DNA of 64,000 nucleotides. It comes from an uncultured archaeon (GTDB lineage: Archaea > Asgardarchaeota > Hermodarchaeia > Hermodarchaeales > Hermodarchaeaceae). The DNA lies in NCBI GenBank assembly GCA_964347045.1, contig CAYFXC010000001.1, positions 160,001 through 224,000 on the forward strand, given 5' to 3'. The stretch's first letter is position 1. Every line of letters starts with the position of its first letter. A program made the translations under genes and the position numbers. Below, one piece after another: positions 57,712-64,000 of this stretch. The notes under the pieces are model-generated. The model did no database searches. It was not told the origin of the DNA and saw nothing but the letters and a program-made list of their open reading frames with translations.

Positions 57712-58806
57712 GTGAAAATTGTTGCGAAAAGGTTGAAAATTGGTAAAATCGTTGTTGTCCCCGAAGATATGGATGACTTGTGGCACCTATATAATGTAAT
57801 TCTTTCGGGTGATCAGGTAGCTGCACGAACAGTTAGACGTGTCCGGCGAGATTCTGGGGACTCCTCGCGTCCAGATAAAGGCGAGCGTCGGCGAATGTTC
57901 ATTCGATTAACTGTCGAGGAAGTATCTTTGCACAAGTATTCCAATCGTCTTCGAGTAAAAGGAAAAATCTTAGAAGGTCCTGAGGATTTTGTGTCAATTG
58001 GAACCTATCACACCATTAATGTCGAACCGGGTCTTAAGGTTGAAATTGTTAAAGAACGGTGGTCCAATCTGCTCCTTCGCCGTTTACAAGATGCGGCTTC
58101 GCGGAAAGGACAACGACTAATAGTCATTGCTGTAGAAGAAGACCAAGCTTCTATTGGCATTATTGATGATTCCGGAATTGATGTTCGCGTTGAAGTTCAT
58201 GGAACCGCGCGCGGTAAATATGGCAAATACATTCAAACCGATGAGACGATGGATCAAATGTTCGCAGGCGTTGCTACACAACTGAAAGAACTACTTGAAC
58301 GGCTACCTGAAAATACCCGTGTAGTTATTGTTGGACCGGGATCAACAAAAGAAAAGCTTGCTGAATATCTGAAAAATAAGGTCCCAGCGTGTAAAGGAAG
58401 ATTGCTTTTAGAACATGTGAGTACAGGAACTGTGGCAGGGATATATGAAGCACTAAATCGGGGGATTGTTGAACGAATTGCTAGTGAAATTCGACTAAAT
58501 CGTGAAATTCGTCTTATGGAAGAGGTAATGAAGAATTTGGGCAAAGATACCGGAAAAACCGCATATGGCTGGGATGATATCGTCAGGGCTGTACAATTTG
58601 GTGCAGTCGAGACCTTACTAGTTCTTGATAAATTGTTCCGGGAGGCGCAGCCTGATTATCGGCGGGAATTAGAAAATATCATGCGCCAGGTGGAAAAGCA
58701 AGCGGGATCATTGGAGATTTTCAGTGCGGATCATGAAGCTGGGAAGCAACTTGAAGGATTAGGTGGGTTGGTCGCCCTTCTTCGGTTTCGTTTACCTGGC
58801 ACTTAG
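57712..58806 (+). CDS. pelA: mRNA surveillance factor Pelota
   Basis: PEDMDDLWHLY, TVR, RLRVKG, G.YHT, GPG, AYG, GAVETLL, H.AG.QL..LGG..ALLRF. Confidence 0.95.
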   Translation: MKIVAKRLKIGKIVVVPEDMDDLWHLYNVILSGDQVAARTVRRVRRDSGDSSRPDKGERRRMFIRLTVEEVSLHKYSNRLRVKGKILEGPEDFVSIGTYHTINVEPGLKVEIVKERWSNLLLRRLQDAASRKGQRLIVIAVEEDQASIGIIDDSGIDVRVEVHGTARGKYGKYIQTDETMDQMFAGVATQLKELLERLPENTRVVIVGPGSTKEKLAEYLKNKVPACKGRLLLEHVSTGTVAGIYEALNRGIVERIASEIRLNREIRLMEEVMKNLGKDTGKTAYGWDDIVRAVQFGAVETLLVLDKLFREAQPDYRRELENIMRQVEKQAGSLEIFSADHEAGKQLEGLGGLVALLRFRLPGT

Positions 58807-59888
58807 AGCGGGGAATATGACACTTGGAACCGAGTGTCGATGGGATATTCTTCTACTATTCCTACACTAAATCCTCGCGCTTTCAATCGGTTTGCTAATC
58901 GGCGTACAATACGAGTTGATGTTTCAATTTGTCTTTTAGATTCATTTACGTAAATTTGTTCTGTTGGAATGTCGTACTCATTTTCCAATAATTCTTGAAT
59001 GTCTGTTAAACTACCCGTAGTTGAAGGGGTTATGACGCCTTTCACAAGCAGTCCTTCCTTTGAAATCCTTTCAAAGGATTTTGCAATATTTTTTGCTCGA
59101 CGTTTGAAGCGATTTCGCAACTGTGTTCCATCTTTTAGTGAAAGTGGGCAATAATGGATATTCAATGAAGTCTTTAATGTAGCCCACTCAAGAAGTGTTA
59201 ACGCCGCTTCTTCACTGTTCTGGACTGCTGCAATAGTATCAGAATCTAATACGAATCCTCTTTTTCGTAATTGTTGGGCATTAAAGGAAGTGAATTCCAT
59301 TTCGTTTAAATTTATAAAATCAATACCAATCTCATCTAGTCGCCGAAACATGTCCTTAAGCTGTTCTAGCATGCTAGGAATAATCGGGATTTCAATGCCA
59401 AGCTGTCCACGACCTTTCATTAATTTCTGTAATTCTTGGTAATCTTTTCCGACCTCAAAGCGATGGAGTCGTAATTCATCTAACCCTGCATCTAAAAGTT
59501 CCTTTACTACGTCAAGAGGAACGGGTTCAAGACCAGTATACAAATGGATATGAAATGCTTCTCCAAATTCATTTTTGAATGCGCGAATGAATTTCAATGT
59601 TCTTTTTAATTTTAACAGCGGTTCACCACCAGTGATTCCCATTCCTGTGGCATTAATCATATGCGCTTCAGCTATTGCTTGTTCAACGGCACCTATCTCA
59701 ACTTCATTGGCGAAAACAACATCTCGATTATGTCGTTCCTCAGATATTGGACAATAATAACAATCCTTTGAGCAGTTACCAGTGACAAAGAGTACGAGTT
59801 TAGCACCCTTCATACACTGACGACAACCCTTTGTAAGGCGTCCAATATACGGAGAATTTCCATGTGAAAGGTGGATATCGCGGACCAC
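58803..59888 (-). CDS. Radical SAM protein (COG2108-like)
   Basis: GC..C..GAKLVLFVTG.C...CYYCP, GITGGEP, HIHLYT, GLDE.R.H. Confidence 0.9.
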   Translation of the reverse strand: MVRDIHLSHGNSPYIGRLTKGCRQCMKGAKLVLFVTGNCSKDCYYCPISEERHNRDVVFANEVEIGAVEQAIAEAHMINATGMGITGGEPLLKLKRTLKFIRAFKNEFGEAFHIHLYTGLEPVPLDVVKELLDAGLDELRLHRFEVGKDYQELQKLMKGRGQLGIEIPIIPSMLEQLKDMFRRLDEIGIDFINLNEMEFTSFNAQQLRKRGFVLDSDTIAAVQNSEEAALTLLEWATLKTSLNIHYCPLSLKDGTQLRNRFKRRAKNIAKSFERISKEGLLVKGVITPSTTGSLTDIQELLENEYDIPTEQIYVNESKRQIETSTRIVRRLANRLKARGFSVGIVEEYPIDTRFQVSYSPL

Positions 59889-59894
59889 ATCAGT

Positions 59895-60608
59895 TCAACC
59901 CTTTTGCACTCGACGGCGGACGACAGGATCGCGATCGCTAACGTGTTTAAGAACAGCTTCAAAGGTGTCCTCAGGAGCCAGTTGGCGCTTCAGGTACACT
60001 CCAGTGCGACCGACTTCGTCCCGACGCATTAGAATTTTGACTCTTTCTTTGACGATTTTAAGACTAACGCCAACTTTCTTTGCAACAATCAGTTCATTTC
60101 CAATAACTGGTGTTTCAACGTGTCCTTTTTCGGTTGGTTCAATTAGAATTAGACGTTTGTCTACACCTGGGACACGTATTTCCTTTTGGAGATCTGATTG
60201 ATTAAGACATCCACCGAACTGATAAAATTCAAGTTCAATCGGGGCAGGGCTTGTTAGAGGAAACGTCACCACAGAATTGTTGGGCAAATATATGTGGGCT
60301 TTAATAGCGTGAAATGGGGTTGCGTGTACTAGCTCTCGGTGGGTTATCTGGTAACCGGCCTCTGTTAATGCAAACTCAACAGAAAACGAGGGTATGACCC
60401 TTGGAAGGTAAACGTCGATATCACTTTGTTCAGTAACATCGCCTCTACAAATACTGCCATGGATTAAGGGGTCAACTCCAATGAGTTTCAATGTGTCCAT
60501 GATTTCAATGGCTTGTTGTCGTAATTTGGCGAGATGAGACCACCTTTCTTTGGAATATATGACATCATGGCTTCCAGTATCCCGGCGGGTTGTTTTCTCT
60601 CGGGGCAT
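59895..60608 (-). CDS. Pol-beta-type nucleotidyltransferase (COG2413-like)
   Basis: HGS..RGDV...SDID, EFY.FGG, RVPGVDKRL, RD..GRTGV. Confidence 0.88.
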   Translation of the reverse strand: MPREKTTRRDTGSHDVIYSKERWSHLAKLRQQAIEIMDTLKLIGVDPLIHGSICRGDVTEQSDIDVYLPRVIPSFSVEFALTEAGYQITHRELVHATPFHAIKAHIYLPNNSVVTFPLTSPAPIELEFYQFGGCLNQSDLQKEIRVPGVDKRLILIEPTEKGHVETPVIGNELIVAKKVGVSLKIVKERVKILMRRDEVGRTGVYLKRQLAPEDTFEAVLKHVSDRDPVVRRRVQKG

Positions 60609-60620
60609 TCTATATCGATC

Positions 60621-60947
60621 CTATTCAGGGGTTCTAACAGTCTCTTCAATCCATTGAAGGTAGGGCTTATGACCTTCTTGGATTTCGATTCTGACTATTT
60701 CAGGGACCTCATAGCTATGCATGTTTAGCACGGTTTCTCTTAGTTGGTTAAACATGTCTTTTCTTGTTTTTATTAAGAGCAAAATCTCGGCATCTTCTAC
60801 GATTTCTCCTTTCCAAGAATAAATCGATTTTTGGGGAATCATTCCAACACATGATGCAAGCGAGTCTTTAACCAGTTTACGTCCAATCCTTTTGGCTTCA
60901 TTCATTTTACCTACAGTAACGAATACAATACTGTACTGAGATGACAT
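60621..60947 (-). CDS. cutA: Divalent-cation tolerance protein CutA
   Basis: LASC, SIYSWKG, IKT, HSYEVPEI, YLQW. Confidence 0.93.
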   Translation of the reverse strand: MSSQYSIVFVTVGKMNEAKRIGRKLVKDSLASCVGMIPQKSIYSWKGEIVEDAEILLLIKTRKDMFNQLRETVLNMHSYEVPEIVRIEIQEGHKPYLQWIEETVRTPE

Positions 60948-61065
60948 GGTTTCACGCTCACCAATCGAGCCCCTGCCGTATCTCTTAAAAGCTTCTCTCT
61001 CATCGGTGCATCAAACATTTATACTCAATCCTTAAACTGTGGGCATTATCGAGGCGACATGTCGG

Positions 61066-62253
61066 ATGCTACAATTCGAATTCCTCCTTCCTTTACTTCC
61101 ATGGCTTCTCATTCTAATGGCATGGATGATAATCATTGGACTCGCCTCAGTCTTCAAGTTAGAAAAATATGGGGTTGAAGTCGGTCCCTTCATGCTTTTT
61201 GCACGAACAGAACGGTTCAACAACTTATTAGATTGGATCGGAAGATGGCATCCTCGCGCGTGGCGCTACATTTGGTCATTTTTCATCGGTGTCGCTTTCT
61301 TTTTCTCATTATTTGGGTTCTACTTCTTGGGATCAAATGCTTGGGAATTTATTAAAGCGCTCTTGGGGCAACCCGCTTCTCCAGGACCGGTAGCTCCTCT
61401 CATTCCGGGTCTCACCATGTCTTACAATTTCTTTTTGATGATCCTTTTTCCTTTAATTGTTGCAGTCATTGTTCATGAGCTCGCTCATGGAATTGCTGCC
61501 CGTGCTGACAACATTCCTGTTCAAAGTTCAGGGCTCTTCGTATTTTTGGTCTTTTTCGGGGCATTCGTGGAACCCGATGAAGAATATGTTAAAATTAAAA
61601 CTACACGGCGACAACGGGCTCGGCTTTTTGCTTCTGGTTCAGGTGCCAATCTTGCTGTTGCTGCAATCGCATTGATTCTCCTCATTTTTGTAATTATTCC
61701 TATCCCTAGTGGAGCGCTCATTAATAGTGTCGTTCCAGGCAGTCCAGCGGACGGTGTGCTTGCTCCTGGCATGGTTATCATCGAAATGAATGATACAACT
61801 ATTCAAACTAACCAAGATCTTAGTGCTTTCATGCTAAATGCAAGTCCTGGTGATTTGGTGATATTCACAGTGCTAGAAGGCACAATTCCGCTTGTAGTTG
61901 GTGTGAATCCCACTAACGCATCGCTTCCCTTTATCGGGATTTTCATACGGACATATGTTCCACTGGCTTATCCATTTAGCCTTCTCGGGCCGACATTAGG
62001 TACTCAGTTCTACGAAAGTCTAACTTGGTTCTTCATGATTACGCTCAGTCTTGCAATTATTAACCTCTTGCCTGTTCCTCCGTTAGATGGTGACAGACTT
62101 TGGAAAGATCTCATTGATGTCACAATCTCTCTTGAGCGAAGAGGTGGGAAAGCCCTCTTGTGGGGTCTCCGAATCACTGCACTTACCATTCTTGCTCTTA
62201 ACATTATATTCACAATTCTCACTCCCGGCCTTCTTGCTTGGTTCTTTCGGTAA
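61066..62253 (+). CDS. Site-2 protease (M50) with PDZ domain
   Basis: HELAH, GAFVEPD, PGSPA (PDZ), NLLPVPPLDG. Confidence 0.93.
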   Translation: MLQFEFLLPLLPWLLILMAWMIIIGLASVFKLEKYGVEVGPFMLFARTERFNNLLDWIGRWHPRAWRYIWSFFIGVAFFFSLFGFYFLGSNAWEFIKALLGQPASPGPVAPLIPGLTMSYNFFLMILFPLIVAVIVHELAHGIAARADNIPVQSSGLFVFLVFFGAFVEPDEEYVKIKTTRRQRARLFASGSGANLAVAAIALILLIFVIIPIPSGALINSVVPGSPADGVLAPGMVIIEMNDTTIQTNQDLSAFMLNASPGDLVIFTVLEGTIPLVVGVNPTNASLPFIGIFIRTYVPLAYPFSLLGPTLGTQFYESLTWFFMITLSLAIINLLPVPPLDGDRLWKDLIDVTISLERRGGKALLWGLRITALTILALNIIFTILTPGLLAWFFR

Positions 62254-62275
62254 ATGAATGGAAATTTATTACTAA

Positions 62276-63244
62276 ATGCGCACAATCAATATGACGTTTA
62301 TGACGAATGAATGTACCATGTGTGGGGCCACTTCGATTATTTCTCGACCATATTCAGGTGAGGTACTCTGTGAGAGGTGTTTTCGCGAATCTGTTATCAA
62401 CGCTATTCGGATGGCTATTTCGAAATTCAATATGCTGCAACGAACAGATCGAATCGCCGTTGCTTATTCGGGTGGCAAAGATAGTACTGTGCTCTTGGCG
62501 GTTCTTGTGGAAATCCAACAGCGGTTTCCTGAATCGGAAGTAATAGCAATTACTCTTGAAGAAGGGAGTAAACATGACCGTGATCGTCAAAAGGTGTTAC
62601 GAACCGTGACGAACACGCTCAACGTCGAACATGTGACTTCCTCATATCACGACCTGTTTTCACTTACCCTGGATGAGGTTGCCACACAAACCCAAGCCAT
62701 GCAATCACCCCTTTCCCCTTGTGCATATTGTGGAACTCTTCGGAGACAGGGATTAAATTTACTGGCTCGAAAAATCCAGGCTGACAAACTTGCTTTAGGA
62801 CATAATCTTGATGATGAAATTCAATCGATGCTTATGAACCTCATCCGTGGAGATTTGCTACGCCTATCACGAATTACGCCCTATCTTAAAGGAGTTCCCG
62901 ACTGGCTAATCCCTCGTATTAAACCCATGTATCACCTCCTTGAAAGTGATATTGCCTTATTTTCACAATTACTTGGATATCCCATATACCATCCTCCATG
63001 TTCCTACAAAGAAACATCTTTACGCTCAGAAATACGGAAGTGGCTCAACACCTTCGAAATCGAACATCCAGGATCCAAATACAACCTACATGCAACCATC
63101 ATGAAAATCATCGAATCCCTTCAAAATGATGAAGAGGCTCCATATCAGAAGTGTCAGGTTTGTGGTGAAATCACCTCTCAGCGAGTCTGCGCAGTATGTC
63201 TTCATAGAGAAACCCTTGGATACTCATCTACAAAAAAGGGGTAA
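62276..63244 (+). CDS. tRNA 2-thiouridine synthase NcsA/Ncs6 (TIGR00269)
   Basis: N- and C-terminal zinc fingers, PP-loop SGGKDS, CAYCG..RR, GHNLDD, RIKP. Confidence 0.9.
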   Translation: MRTINMTFMTNECTMCGATSIISRPYSGEVLCERCFRESVINAIRMAISKFNMLQRTDRIAVAYSGGKDSTVLLAVLVEIQQRFPESEVIAITLEEGSKHDRDRQKVLRTVTNTLNVEHVTSSYHDLFSLTLDEVATQTQAMQSPLSPCAYCGTLRRQGLNLLARKIQADKLALGHNLDDEIQSMLMNLIRGDLLRLSRITPYLKGVPDWLIPRIKPMYHLLESDIALFSQLLGYPIYHPPCSYKETSLRSEIRKWLNTFEIEHPGSKYNLHATIMKIIESLQNDEEAPYQKCQVCGEITSQRVCAVCLHRETLGYSSTKKG

Positions 63245-63248
63245 AGGG

Positions 63249-63596
63249 TGGACGGAAGCCCCGACGGTCGTCAACCCTCACTGATGCCGTACTCACCGCT
63301 AGGTCTCAGACCCGGATCTCGGAAGCATCAACAGTACAGGTTTACGCTGCTCCCTCCCGGGTCTCGCTGGGTTCACCTGATAAAGACGATTCAGCCCTTC
63401 CTACGAAAAGCCTACCGCCACCAGCGATCCTCCGAGGCGGATCGTCACTGCCTTGAACAGTGAGTCGTACAACAGGTCAGAAAGCCTAACGTCGGCATTC
63501 AGCCCGCCGTAGAGAGCATCTGCGGTACAGGGGAGCCTTAGCCAGCCCGTAGCGGTGCTGCGGGACTTCTAGCCCCCCGCCTAGGCTCACCGTCCA
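63249..63596 (-). ncRNA. ffs: Archaeal SRP (7S) RNA
   Basis: Minus strand: terminal helix GGACGG/CCGTCC, Alu-like CTAGGCGGGGGG...CCCCTGTAC, helix 6 with GTAG loop, helix 8 GAGACCC-GGGA-GGGAGCAGC; TATA-like GGTTAAATA upstream. Confidence 0.9.
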
Positions 63597-63628
63597 ATCA
63601 GCTCACACACTCTCGCGATATTTAACCT

Positions 63629-64000
63629 TTACTTAGTCCGCCCTTTTGAGCGCCAAATTTGGATAATGTATAGTGGAATTGCAACTATGAAACATACGAT
63701 GCTGAAGAATGTGATTGTCGAATAGGATGCGAACCCTAGGAATGGATTTCCCAATATTGGCCAAAATGGCTGCATTTCGGGGTATAAGAGCGCATCTAAT
63801 ACAATATGTGAATACGCGCCAATGAGCGTGGCTACGGTGATATTTAGCGGAGAGGCGATTTGAGGAAGGAGAAAGGCTGTCATTATTTTTTCCAAAACGC
63901 CTCTGAGAAGGAAAATTCCCACTGCCATAAGTAGAGCTGCTATTGTCGCTCCCAAGAATGTATGAAAGAATAAATGCAGCACCGGTGAATCGAGAAGAAG
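63629..64000 (-). CDS. DUF4184-like membrane protein, 5' end outside window
   Basis: Frame open to the window edge; H.FFHTFLG, SHIVLD, PFWP..GNP. Confidence 0.7.
   Translation of the reverse strand, partial: LLLDSPVLHLFFHTFLGATIAALLMAVGIFLLRGVLEKIMTAFLLPQIASPLNITVATLIGAYSHIVLDALLYPEMQPFWPILGNPFLGFASYSTITFFSIVCFIVAIPLYIIQIWRSKGRTK

Noticed and set aside
63248-63463. 71-aa plus-strand ORF
   Set aside because: Lies antisense to the SRP RNA; no protein features.
1-64000. CRISPR arrays, rRNA, transposases, defence systems; remaining short antisense ORFs in the track
   Set aside because: No spaced repeats or diagnostic motifs seen; short ORFs overlap well-supported genes and have no coding signatures.

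Overview
Gene-dense archaeal chromosomal window, almost certainly from an Asgard archaeon. The evidence is a Rab-like GTPase, an MglA-type GTPase with four roadblock proteins, a longin-like protein and an EMC6/OPTI-like membrane protein, set among archaeal information-processing genes. Core content: rqcH/NFACT, rio2, Lsm, nucS, ileS, nurA-herA, GPN GTPase, uppS, smc-scpA-scpB, hypE/hypA, rps8e, srp19, gar1-tfb-tfeB(C34-like), rlmE-trm1, fibrillarin-nop5, rps30e, elp3, glmS, orc1/cdc6-gins-mcm-hel308-HDAC, rnz, trm11, pelota, site-2 protease and ncsA. No CRISPR array, rRNA or mobile element was found. Main unexplained signals: (1) a rare tRNA-Ile(UAU) right after ileS, split by two BHB introns that isolate the anticodon on an 8-nt micro-exon, with an A19-U56 compensatory elbow pair; (2) a tRNA-Pro(GGG) with two non-canonical introns; (3) sharp, origin-polarity C/A-to-G/T strand-skew flips inside coding genes, strongest inside mcm; (4) core genes (tfb, gar1, a UPF0201 gene) whose conserved N-termini need near-cognate start codons; (5) an SRP RNA with extra helices. 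Protein calls come from motif recognition only; no searches were run.
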